A stretch of DNA of 64,000 nucleotides, from NCBI GenBank assembly GCA_964016885.1, contig OZ024740.1, positions 230,020,001 through 230,084,000 on the forward strand, given 5' to 3'. The notes below the pieces were generated by a model that ran no database searches, was not told the DNA's origin, and saw nothing but the letters and a program-made list of their open reading frames with translations. The position numbers were made by a program, and so were the translations under genes. Shown here piece after piece: positions 1 through 11,237 of the stretch; position 1 is the first letter of the stretch, and every line of letters starts with the position of its first letter. Source of the DNA: Eledone cirrhosa. Taxonomy: Eukaryota.

Positions 1-504
1 AGTATTTTTTCGCAGCCAATTCATCTTTCATCAATATGGATAAACTCCCATAGAGTTTATCCTTTTGTATGAAAGTAATGTCTTTCATAGCCTCTTTCAG
101 GACTAACTGAATTTCAGCTTGAGATGGTTGTGCTGGTTTTTTTTTGTTTTGTTGTCAATTGTACGGAATACAACAGTTCGTAATTCCGTCTGTTTTTTTA
201 AGTTCTGGAGGCGAATTGATAGAAAACGATCCATTTTCGCCAAACGAAACATATTTTTTCGCTTTTTCAAGCATTTCTTTTGCATTTGATATATCTTCAA
301 GCACATATGTGACTGATATTTTATTTGTTAAATAAACTAAATGTCAGATTATTCTACAGCAATGATTCCCACTGTGGAGCGCCTGCTTAACAAGGAGGGG
401 AGGTAATTTGCATATTTAAGGGGAGCAATTTGAAAATGTTGTTAATGAGAACAAACTTCAGGTTTCACCTTAATACTTTTATACCAAGGCAACTTTAGTA
501 TAGA
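1..504 (-). mobile_element. Probable Helitron 5' portion, running off the window start
   Basis: Minus strand reads A|TCTATACTAAAG from 505/504, like the 5' ends at 32318 and 40549. A decayed reading frame follows (TNKISVTYVLEDISNAKEMLEKAKK...PSQAEIQLVLKEAMKD, one stop). The 3' end is not in the window. Confidence 0.45.
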
Positions 505-663
505 TTACTGTCAGAAACTCCTGTCTCACCTCCTCCACACGTTATTGTGTATCTGGCACCACATATACACCAATTTGTTTGCACTTAGCAGTTGAGCATC
601 GCTGTTTTCATATCAAAAGGGGGCCTAACAGTTCCTGATATGTTGAGGTCGGATATGGTGCAC

Positions 664-682
664 AAAAGGTTGGGAACACTAT
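664..682. mobile_element. hAT/Charlie-like terminal inverted repeat remnant
   Basis: aaaaggttgggaacacta resembles the reverse complement of the hAT terminus CAGTGGTTCCCAACCTTTT; no partner end found. Confidence 0.3.
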
Positions 683-760
683 TCTATAGTCACATGTGCC
701 ATTAACGTAATACCTAGGAAGATTCAGCGAGGTATGGTGTTTGACAAAGTTTGGACCTTT

Positions 761-920
761 GGCACAAGGCTTAGTGATTAGACGTGTTCATCTGACGATT
801 GTAAATCCATTAGTTCGATTCCTGGCGGCACGTTCTGTCCTTAAACAAAACACTTTACCTCACTTTGCTACAGCCCACTCAGCGAGAAAACTGCTGCATC
901 TTCCTGAGAACTATGTTCCT
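761..920 (+). mobile_element. tRNA-derived CORE-type SINE, degenerate
   Basis: A-box-like ggcttagtgatt, B-box gttcgattcc, then a CORE-like tgtccttaaacaaaacacttt; homologous to 4585-4905. Confidence 0.6.
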
Positions 921-1065
921 GTTGTGGCCATTTTGTCTTATGGTATATTTAGGACTGCAGTATTAAATGTCTCATTTTTCCTGATTGTAGGAATGATTTG
1001 GGAATGATATAACTGCTATTTCTAGTAGGCCTAACGACACCTTTAACGCTCCTCCTTGGCTTATA

Positions 1066-1342
1066 CGAGGGTGGGCTGAAAGGTTCATGCTAGAGCTGTG
1101 AAATCTTGCATGCATTGGTTTTAACTGTTCTTATTAATAAATGATGATGACGTCATATCAGTTGTTGCTAATGTTTTTTATCAAAAGGATGAAAGCTTCT
1201 TCACTAATGAGATCCAATCACTATAACACCGATGGAAGAAGTGTGTGGACCGCAAAGGGGAATATGTTGAAATATAAACCTCATTTGGTCGCATTCCATG
1301 AGAGTATCTTGGTTAGCCTATGAATTTTTCAGCCGACTTTCG
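1066..1342 (+). mobile_element. Internally deleted mariner (Tc1/mariner) element
   Basis: TA at 1064-65 and 1343-44. TIRs CGAGGGTGGGCTGAAAGGTTCAT and (rc) CGAAAGTCGGCTGAAAAATTCAT. 1140-1277 translates to the mariner transposase C-terminus NDDDVISVVANVFYQKDESFFTNEIQSL*HRWKKCVDRKGEYVEI*. Confidence 0.9.
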
Positions 1343-2529
1343 TAGATAATAAGAAATATTCAAATAGAAACTGCAGGGAAATGGGAATTCTTTTCCTTAT
1401 GCATATTTAACCAAGCTATATATTCACTGACAGCTGCCATTTTTCTCTGTACCAAAGCTCAATGTTTCGCTGTAGCAGAAATACTTTCATATATTATGAG
1501 AAATAGAATATTAGTGATACAAACTTAGTAAAGGCGTGTGGCTTTGTGGTGTTCCTATTCATGACCATGTTCGATTCCAAAGGGCGCATTTCGGGTCATT
1601 TTCTAACAAAACAGCAAAAGATATCACACTACTATCTTTTTTTTAAAGGAAGCACTCATTAGATAAACAAACAGTATGTTCTGATTTTCTTACTACTTCT
1701 ACAAAGCTCAAATCCTATAATTATTTTAATGTTTTGGTCGGGAGAAAGGTGACATAACTGCGGTCTTCGCGGTCCTTGTGGGAGACCAGTGAAGTCAATA
1801 CGTTTGATGTTCTTCTTGGGGCACTTCGACAACTGAAGGAACAAAACAAAAACATGGACAGGGAGGTATGAGAGTTGAAAGTACCTTCCCTACTTTCTTT
1901 CACCAATCTCAGAGGCCCTGAAAACTATCCTAGACGCTGTCATTTACCACCTCTGCTTCAATAATAATAAAAAAAACTACAAACAACCGACTTCTTATCA
2001 CTTATTTATGTTCACTTTCCCAATGCTATTTCCTCTCCAAATCCATTATAGACTACTTTACGATTTGTTTACATATTTATTTATTTAAATAACTAACTGT
2101 ATATTTTACAAGCCGAATATTAACGGTTTATATTTTAGAATAAAGCAATATACAAATAGTTTATATGAAGTATTGTGAAATTTATGTTTATGATTGTACT
2201 GGGAAAGCTGGAACAAGGTAAGTTAGAAATACAATAGTGAAAACTAGAGTAGAATAAAGTAAACAAATCAACAGTTCACACTTTTGCCATATATTCCATG
2301 ATTTTTCGAGGTTTAGACCCCCTTTACAGAAGAAGAAAAAACTGGTGTGTAGTGTTGACGACAAATGGGGTCAACACCACATTGCATTTTTTTCTCAAAA
2401 CAGGCTTACATTTATTTTGAGTCTTTGCAAACGGCTGTGATATTATTCAACGAGAGATTAGACCTATTGACTTCAACTGTTAGACATTCGAATTAGGTCT
2501 CCAAGTCTAAGGATAACTTCCTATCGTCA

Positions 2530-4215
2530 TCCAGTCCTCACGTTCCTCCATCCACCCATCCTCCAGTGCTCCACTCCTCCCATCCTCCAGCCCTCCCGTC
2601 CTCCAGTCCTCCTGTCCTCTCGTTCTCCAGTCCTCCCGTTCTCCAGTCCTCCAGTCCTCCAGTCCTCCTATCCTCCAGTCCTCCCGTTCTCCAGTCCTCC
2701 AGTCCTCCAGTCCTCCCGTCCTCCAGTCCTCCAGTCCTCCCATCCTCCAGTCCTCCCGTTCTCCAGTCCTCCCGTCCTACAGTCCTCCCGTTCTCTAGTC
2801 CTCCAGTCCTCCAGTCCTCCAGTCCTCCAGTCCTCCCGTCCTCCAGTCCTCTCGTTCTCCAGTCCTCCAGTCCTCCAGTCCTCCAATCCTCCCGTCCTCC
2901 AGTCCTCCCGTTCTCCAGTCCTCCAGTCCTCCACTCCTCCCGTCCTCCAGTCCTCCCGTTCTCCAGTCCTCCAGTCCTCCAGTCCTCCAGTCCTCCAGTC
3001 CTCCCGTCCTCCAGTCCTCCAGTCCTCCCGTCCTCCAGTCCTCCCGTTCTCCAGTCCTCCCGCCCTCCCGTCCTCCAGTCCTCCAGTTCTCCAGTCCTCC
3101 AGTCCTCCCGTCCTCCAGTCCTCCAGTCCTCCCGTCCTCCAGTCCTCCCGTCCTCCAGTCCTCCCGTTCTCCAGTCCTCCCGCCCTCCCGTCCTCCAGTC
3201 CTCCAGTTCTCCAGTCCTCCAGTCCTCCCGTTCTCCAGTCCTCCAGTCCTCCCATCCTCCAGTCCTCCAGTTCTCCAGTCCTCCCGTCCTACAGTCCTCC
3301 CGTTCTCTAGTCCTCCAGTCCTCCAGTCCTCCAGTCCTCCCGTCCTCCAGTCCTCCCGTTCTCCAGTCCTCCAGTCCTCCAGTTCTCCAGTCCTCCAGTC
3401 CTCCAGTCCTCCCGTCCTCCAGTCCTCCCGTTCTCCAGTCCTCCCGCCCTCCCGTCCTCCAGTCCTCCAGTTCTCCAGTCCTCCAGTCCTCCCGTTCTCC
3501 AGTCCTCCAGTCCTCCAGTCCTCCCGTCCTCCAGTCCTCCCGTTCTCCAGTCCTCCCGCCCTCCCGTCCTCCAGTCCTCCAGTTCTCCAGTCCTCCAGTC
3601 CTCCCGTTCTCCAGTCCTCCAGTCCTCCCGTTCTCCAGTCCCTCCAGTCATCCCGTCCTCCAGTCCTCCCGTTCTCCAGTCCTCTAGTCCTCCAGCCCCC
3701 CCCCCCCCGTCCTCCAGTGCTCGCGTCCTCCCGTCCTCCAGTCCCCCCGTTCTCCAGTCCGTCCGTCCTCCCATCCTCCAGTCCGCCCGTCCTCCCGTTC
3801 TCCAGTCCTCCCGTCCTCCCGTTCTCCAGTCCTCCAGTCCTCCCGTCCTCCAGTCCTCCCGTCCTCCAGTCCTCCCGTTCTCCCATCCTCCCGTCCTCCA
3901 GTCCTCCCGTTCTCCAGTCCGTCCGTCCTCCCATCCTCCAGTCCTCCAGTCCTCCAGTCCTCCCGTCCTCCCGTTCTCCAGTCCTCCCGTCCTCCCGTTC
4001 TCCAGTCATCCAGTCCTCCCGTCCTCCAGTCCTCCCGTTCTCCAGTCCGTCCGTCCTCCCATCCTCCAGTCCGCCCGTCCTCCCGTCCTCCCATCCTCCA
4101 GTCCGCCCGTCCTCCCGTTCTCCAGTCCTCCCGTCCTCCAGTCCTCCCGTTATCCAGTCCTCCCGTTCTCCAGTCCTCCCGTCCTCCCGTCCACCAGTTC
4201 TCCCGTCATCCCGTC
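2530..4215. repeat. About 1.7 kb tandem array of 8-bp units (CCAGTCCT / CCCGTCCT / CCCGTTCT)
   Basis: Directly visible; source of the GGLEDWRT and SSPPVLQS pseudo-ORFs. Confidence 0.97.
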
Positions 4216-4451
4216 TTCTGTATTTAAATGCGACTCTTGTTATTTATTTATTTGTAGATACATTCATGGTTTTTGTTGTTTTTTTATTTGGTGCAAGTTC
4301 AACATTATAATGGAGAATGTGTGATGTTGTGACCTTCATGTCTTTCTATTAATGACAAAATGCAAAACAATAAAATGTGCTTTAAACTGACAACAGAATG
4401 TTGAGTCTTGATCTACCGTGTTGCGATTTGGATTTCGCTTCCATGCAATAC

Positions 4452-5005
4452 GAGCCAACAGAGGACCTTAACATCGTCGCTCAAACAACTAAAACTAGCA
4501 GCCAAATTTCCCTCAAATCACCCCTACCGTCATAAATAAATAAAGTAAAGTACACATTAGACAATGTCATTGCATATAGCCCGAAGTGAGAGCGCGTGGT
4601 TTAGTGGTTAGCTTATTTAGCTCACAGTCATGAGTTCGATTCCCGGTGACGCGATGTGTCCTTGAGCAAGTCACGTAATTTCACGTTGCTCTAGTCAGCT
4701 GAAAAAAAAAGAGAGAGAATGAGTTGTACTAGAAATTCTACAGGTTAGCCTTGATACACATTTTGTCATGATTATTTTCCTTGAGAACTACATTAATAGT
4801 GCACGTGTCTGAGGAATGCTGAGCCACGTGCACGTTGATTTCACGATCAAGCTGTTCTGTTGTTTGAACAACTGGAACACTCATCATGGGAACTGACGGA
4901 GGTCCCACATAGACATAAATATACGGAATGGTCATGGTCGGATAATTTTCATCGCAGGTGTCTGTCCGATCAGAGCCGATATGATGCTAAGCCACAATAG
5001 TAACC
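4452..5005 (+). mobile_element. Interspersed SINE-like repeat (family X), split by a CORE-SINE
   Basis: Left part agcagccaaatttccctcaaatcaccc at 4452-4580; right part gaatggtcatggtcgga at about 4906-5005. The family recurs in reverse at about 955-1060, 44230-44460, 44560-44840, 45000-45085 and 46030-46310. Confidence 0.6.
4585..4905 (+). mobile_element. tRNA-derived CORE-type SINE
   Basis: A-box tggtttagtggt, B-box gttcgattcc, CORE-like tgtgtccttgagcaagtcac; 3' tail shared with 33830-34280. Confidence 0.8.
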
Positions 5006-5179
5006 GTATGCATTACATATTTGTTATTGCATTGAAACAAAGTTAATTATATGCGCTTGTGTTTGTATGAACGCATATGTGCATGTTTTTATGCACCATG
5101 TTTGTTTGTATGTGTAAATATATGTAGTAAAATTGCGCTTTTCTATTGTTATTGAAGGCTGGGCAGACAGAGGAAGAGA

Positions 5180-5610
5180 TTATTATCATCCGGCGGCCTC
5201 AGCCGAAATGGACTCAACAATTGATCTCCACGTGGGTCTGTCGTTCATTGCCTTTGCCAAGTCCTGGATTTCAATATCAGAATCTCTGGGGATGAAATCG
5301 GGGTAGGAGAGCTTGCGTCTCCTGTTATTAGTGACTGCTTGTTGTTTCCAAAGTACTAATGGGGGACACAGCCTCATAGGTGGCACGATGGCAGTGGCCA
5401 GCAAATCTTACACTCCTTTTACGTACAATGACAGATATGCGTGGGGGGCTGGCATATATCTCTCTCAAAGTCAGATGTTGCCAGCTTATATTCTGAATGC
5501 ATTGAAGCAGACGAGTGTAAGTGCCATCAAGGTGCTTTTGTTGTTTGGATGAAAGCATCCGTTTCACTTCCATATAGCAAAATTGACTGACAACATAGCT
5601 GAGTGGACGG
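5180..5610 (-). mobile_element. RTE-clade LINE 3' fragment, frameshifted
   Basis: Minus frames give SILLYGSE, LDGTYTRLL...NISWQH...RFAGHCHR and MNDRPTWRSIV, ending in a short GAT/AAT tail. Confidence 0.8.
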
Positions 5611-5611
5611 G

Positions 5612-5740
5612 GAAAATCTTTGCTGCAATCCAAGGACTCACCCATGACCGCCAGAGATGGAGGCAGTTGGTGCAGAGTTCGGCACTGCAGTTGTCCCAAC
5701 AATTCCGAAAGGGTCTAAGGGACAATGATGATGATGATTG
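5612..5740 (+). mobile_element. Second RTE-type LINE 3' tail, opposite orientation
   Basis: THDRQRWRQLVQ motif followed by a (GAT)n tail. Confidence 0.6.
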
Positions 5741-5808
5741 TTTTACCAAATTTTCGATATAAGTACTTTGTATCATGTTCATTTGACTGTTTAAATAAAT
5801 GACTATAA

Positions 5809-6035
5809 TCCTTTAGCATTTACATTACTCTATATATACGAATATAATAATATTTTCATGATAAAGGCTTTACCTCACGTAATTATCTCATATAATATCG
5901 AATATATGAGATTTTGATAGTATTTATTTTGAGAACAATACCTTAACAACAGTTTGAGCGACCGGTTACAGCCGGTTTGAACAGAAATAGTTTAGAGAAT
6001 TCTTGCCGGTTTCGGCCGGTTTGAACATTAAAGGG
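5809..6035. mobile_element. piggyBac-type MITE, degenerate
   Basis: Ends ataa|tcctttagcatt and aacattaaaggg|ataa fit decayed TTAA|CCCTTTA...TAAAGGG|TTAA. Confidence 0.5.
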
Positions 6036-6619
6036 ATAAACGAGTGCACCAAAGCATTCTTTCCCTCGTCCAGCAACAGATTTTGGATGTAGCAGTCCTG
6101 GCCTTTTCAGCTAACTGCTAAGCCAACCAACAACAGGTTAATAAGTACGCCAGCCAATGGGATAGCATCTCTTACTCACTCTATAATTTATCAGCACACA
6201 AATTCAATCTCTCTCTCTCTCTCTCTCCCTCTCTCTCTCCCTCTCTCTCTCACTCTCTCTCCCTCTCTCTCTAAAAGAGTTTGTACCATACAACTCTCAC
6301 TTACAAGTTCATTTACATCTAAACATATATACATTCCAAGAAAAAACTTTTTTAAATAATATCAACGAAAACATTATTCCTGTTGAATTTTCAAGCGTTC
6401 CATATTTCTGATATGTTATTGTTTAACATATGGATTCGTAGTACTCCATGGATAAAAATAAATACATAATTAGCAGCCATGCTTCCTTATTGGTCTATTC
6501 ATTTCGAATACTATTTCGATAAGAAAATCGCTTTCACAACTCCAGCAAACATCAACACATCTACACATCTACACATCTACACACGACAAAAGCTCCACCA
6601 CAAACATTACTATTAAATA

Positions 6620-6644
6620 AATATATATGTACACACAGAGAGAT

Positions 6645-6729
<85 letters not shown>

Positions 6730-7104
6730 ATATGCATATATTACACACACACATATATATATATATTTATATATATATATATATATGTATGTATGATATA
6801 ACTTTATATATATATATGTATATATGTATGTGTGTGTGTGTGTGTGTGTGTGTGGCGGGGTGAATGTAGGCATGTGTATTTATATAACGATATGTGTTAT
6901 TAAGCAAGTATTTATGTATAAGTTTATTTATATATGTACACGAATGTAATATATTGGTTGTTGATGAATGCATATATGGGTGTACGCGTCTGTATGTCTA
7001 CGTGCGTATGTGTGTATTTGTGTGTGTCTGTGCATTCAATCAAGCCATGTTTATGTATACATATATACATATATATATATATATGTATATATGTATATAT
7101 ATAT

Positions 7105-7160
<56 letters not shown>

Positions 7161-7453
7161 ATATATATATATATATATGTATGTATATATATATGTGTGT
7201 ATCTGTATGTTTGTAATCATGTGTGTATAATTAGCTATATCTATCTATCAATCTATCTCCCCCCCCCCACTCTCTCTCTCTCTCTCTCGAGAGAGAGAGA
7301 GAGAGAGAGGGGGATAGATTGATAGATATAGCTAATTATACACACATGATTACAAACATACAGATACACATATATAGACACACACATGCACATATACTAT
7401 GCCACGTATGACTAAGTATATGGGATGTTTGGTTTATATCTATCTATCACCCC

Positions 7454-7488
<35 letters not shown>

Positions 7489-7620
7489 CTTTATATAGAT
7501 ATATATATATATGTGTGTGTGTGTGTGTATGTATGCGTATATGTATGTATATATGTATGAATGCATGCATACATGCCAATGTATATGGTGTGTATGTGTA
7601 TGTATATGTGTACGGGTGAT
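6620..7620. repeat. Compound (TA)n/(CA)n/(TG)n/(CT)n microsatellite field
   Basis: Directly visible; contains the fold-back at 7196-7370. Confidence 0.95.
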
Positions 7621-7696
7621 GTGTGTGCGTGTTTGACAGTGATTTTATTTTCCATCTTTTTAAGTTATTTGTTATCAGCCACATAAATCTTCCGTT

Positions 7697-7760
7697 CCAA
7701 CCCAGTCCAACCCAGTCCAAACCAGTCCAACCCAGCCCAATCCATTCCAACCCAGTCCAG
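7697..7760. repeat. (CCCAGTCCAA)n decamer, about 6 copies
   Basis: Directly visible. Confidence 0.9.
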
Positions 7761-8019
7761 TATATTTTTCTACAGTTAGATGTTATGCAGCTTTAACTTC
7801 TCCACAAGAATACAGACTGGCTGGAACAGACAGAAATCGATGCTATTTATTGAAATATTTTCTTCTCCTAGATTCAGAAGTTGATAATATTGATCCGGGA
7901 GTCATTGCGTCTTTATCTTTGTTTCTATGTGACCCATTCGTTCATTCTCCATTGTGCTATATCAACTACTCACAATTATTTGTCTATGCTATTTCTGAAT
8001 AACGATTTCTTGTTTAGAT

Positions 8020-8455
<436 letters not shown>

Positions 8456-8463
8456 TAGTAATA

Positions 8464-9240
8464 ATGATTTCTAATTTAGGCACATGACCAGCAATTTGGG
8501 TGGGCGAGGTGGGGTTGGGGCTGGGGTTGGGAGCGGGGGATAAGTCAATGGTATTGACCCCAGTACTTGACTGTAACTTTATTTTATTGATCCCGGAAGG
8601 ATGAAAGGCAAAGTTGAACTCTGCGGGATTTGAATTCAGATGGTAAAGAGCCGGAATAAATACTGCAGAGCTAAGCTCTAGCGATTTTGCCAATTTCGCG
8701 CCAAAAGAACAATATTAATAGTGGTTCTAATTTTATACACAAGGCCAATAAATTTGGGAGGGAAGGAAGGGGAAAGTCAATTATATCGACTCCTGTACTT
8801 GACTGAAACTATATATTATTGACCCTGGGAAGATAAAAGCAAAATTAACCTTGGTAGTATTTGAAGTCAGAACGTAAAGGAACGTAACTAAAAGCACATC
8901 GCATTTTGTCCAACGTTTAAACAGTTATGTCAATCCACCACCATGATAATAACGATAATGATTTCTAATCTAAGCACAAGGCCAGTAAAGTTTGCCCCCG
9001 AAAGGGTGAAAGCAAAGTTGATCTCGGCAGAATTTGAACTCAGAAAGTAAAGGGACGTAACTAAATGTACATCACATTTTGTTTAACTTTTAAACAGTTC
9101 TGCCAATCTATCACCATAATGATAACGATAATGGGTTCTAATTTAGGCACAAGACCAGTAAAGTCAATTATATTGACCCCAGAAGTGTGAAAGCAAAGTT
9201 GATCTCGGTAGGATTTGAATTCAGAAAGTAAAGGACCCTA
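8464..9240 (-). mobile_element. Four head-to-tail copies of a tRNA-derived SINE (family A, Meta-domain-like core)
   Basis: Repeated gaaaggcaaagttgacctcggcgggatttgaactcag-type core at about 8464-8702, 8720-8942, 8957-9115 and 9130-9240; a + strand fragment follows at 9279-9349. Confidence 0.85.
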
Positions 9241-9400
9241 ATCAAGTTATTAGGATGATAAGCAAAGCTGATCTCTAAGTTTTGAGTTCGAACCCCGCCA
9301 AGGTTAACTTTGCCTTTCATCAGTCCAGGGACGATAAAATAAAGTACCAAATATTTGAACTTTGTCAAACAAAAAAAAAAACATTTTTCGAAATAAAAAC

Positions 9401-11230
9401 ATGGCGGAGACACGCCAACCCAACGTTGAGTCTGCTGTCGTGTGACAGCAGTACAAAAGTTAACGGGAAACAACCACAATCACCTTTATGAACACACACA
9501 AAAAATAATAATAATTACAAACACAACAACGAAATTAGAAACACCACAAACAACATAAACAACGACAGCAACAACGGCAACAACGAAACAAATTAAAATT
9601 ACAACGGCAACAACAAATCCGATAGCTCCAAGAACAACAAAGACATTGAAAACAACAACACCAACGCCACCAAGAACAACTACACCAACGGCAACAGCCA
9701 CAACAACACCGACAACAAGAACAACTCGAGGAGGAAGAAAAACAACAACGACAACAACACCAATGACAGCAACGACACAACAGCAGCGATAACTGTGTGA
9801 CCAACAACAGCGTCACGAACAAGGACAGAAACTCTTTCGCTGTTGCAGCCAAAGAAAAGAGACCAAGCTTTAACTTGGGCCTGAGTGAGAAAGACAAAAA
9901 GTTGGCCCAGGCATGGAAGCTTATTAAACAAGAGCAAACCTGGGCCAACTTAACAGTCCCGACAGAAGAAGAGAGCCATCATTTTTACATGCATTTCAGC
10001 GCAGACTCGTAAAGCGGAGATCACTCTGCAAGCCGAAACAGAGGCTGCGGTGAAAGGCATCAGATAAAATACCGAGTACATAGCGAAGGGCAGACAATAT
10101 GGCACTATCTCAGTGCTGTTTAAGTCGGAAGCCATCGCTATGTAACACTCAGTGGCCCCTTGCAAAACCAGCAAGGTGACAATGTAACTCCTCCCACATG
10201 ACAATGAGAACTATGTGAGTCTACATTCCTAGGATTCCACCAGTACTGGATTTATAGTGGCTCCTAGGTGCGTGATCGATGAAGGGACAGATGCCGTCCC
10301 GATAGAAGCGACACAAACAGTCAAGAAGGACTGGTAGGTGGTTGACATAGAGAAGTATATTTTAATCAGGCCAGAGGACCTAAAAAAATTCCGGACGACA
10401 TCCGTCTCCAAAGCGGCACGGCATTGCCAATAATGACTGAGGGTAAAAGGCCGCACTGTTTCGTTTGCGGAGAAACAATGCATTTGCAAGCCTTCTACCT
10501 TCAGCTCAAAAATGCAAGGGTTCGCAATCTTCCACTGCTGCCGACGCCGGGTGGACACTACCACAAACACCAATACCAGCACCAGCAAAACAAGCGGAAT
10601 CGCCACCACCAACGATGACCATCTAGTGGGGAAGACAGGAAAAGTTTTCCTATTTGCCCCCCCCCCCCCATACACACATTGACACACAAACCCAAACACA
10701 TTACCAGACACAGACATCTCGTCTTCCATTAGTGAAGACGAGAACAAATTTTAAAAAGATGAAAAAACAAAAAAGGAAGCACAAAAAAACTCTACACACC
10801 ACACACCCACACCCACAACAGAAAATGCAGACACCACACACACATCTACAACACCAACAACACCATCAGCACCACAATAACCCAAACGCAAACAAGGGCA
10901 ACAATAATAATAACAAAGCATACAAAATTTCGTACTCATAAGAAGGGCCAACGAGTAATTGATGGCCCTCATAACACGAAAAGAAGAAACCGAGGAGGAA
11001 GAAATATTTGGCACTAGCACATTTTGCATGCTAGGTTTCAGGTACGGATGTCGCTCGATATCTACAAAGGGATTAAGGAGAGCTTTCCTCGTGACGTTGG
11101 AACACCAAATTTAAGACCAACAAGCAGACTGCTTAAGGTGTTCCCTAATGAAACTCCACCAAATATGAAGATGAAACCACCCGACCTCCACAAGTTCTGG
11201 GAGGTAAGTAAACCTTTCCTTATTTTAACC
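9401..11230 (+). pseudogene. Tx1-type ORF1 (gag-like) remnant
   Basis: ATG at 9401 (MAETRQP), low-complexity Thr/Asn linker, degenerate zinc knuckle TEGKRPHCFVCGETMHLQ near 10436-10490; many stops and frameshifts. Confidence 0.7.
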
Positions 11231-11237
11231 AGCCAAC

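Noticed and set aside
1755-1872. Possible host exon (LRSSRSLWETSEVNTFDVLLGALRQLKEQNKNMDRE followed by GAG|GTATGA)
   Set aside because: No convincing in-frame acceptor, no recognisable homology and no partner exons
2507-4310. Overlapping GGLEDWRT and SSPPVLQS ORFs
   Set aside because: Translations of an 8-bp tandem repeat that is open in several frames on both strands
4585-4670. tRNA-like A/B boxes (also 1531, 17413, 33490, 36338)
   Set aside because: No complete cloverleaf; most continue into SINE bodies, so these are SINE heads rather than tRNA genes
7775-7995. Unique sequence between microsatellites considered as an exon
   Set aside because: The minus-strand frames I translated contain stops and I found no convincing splice-site pair
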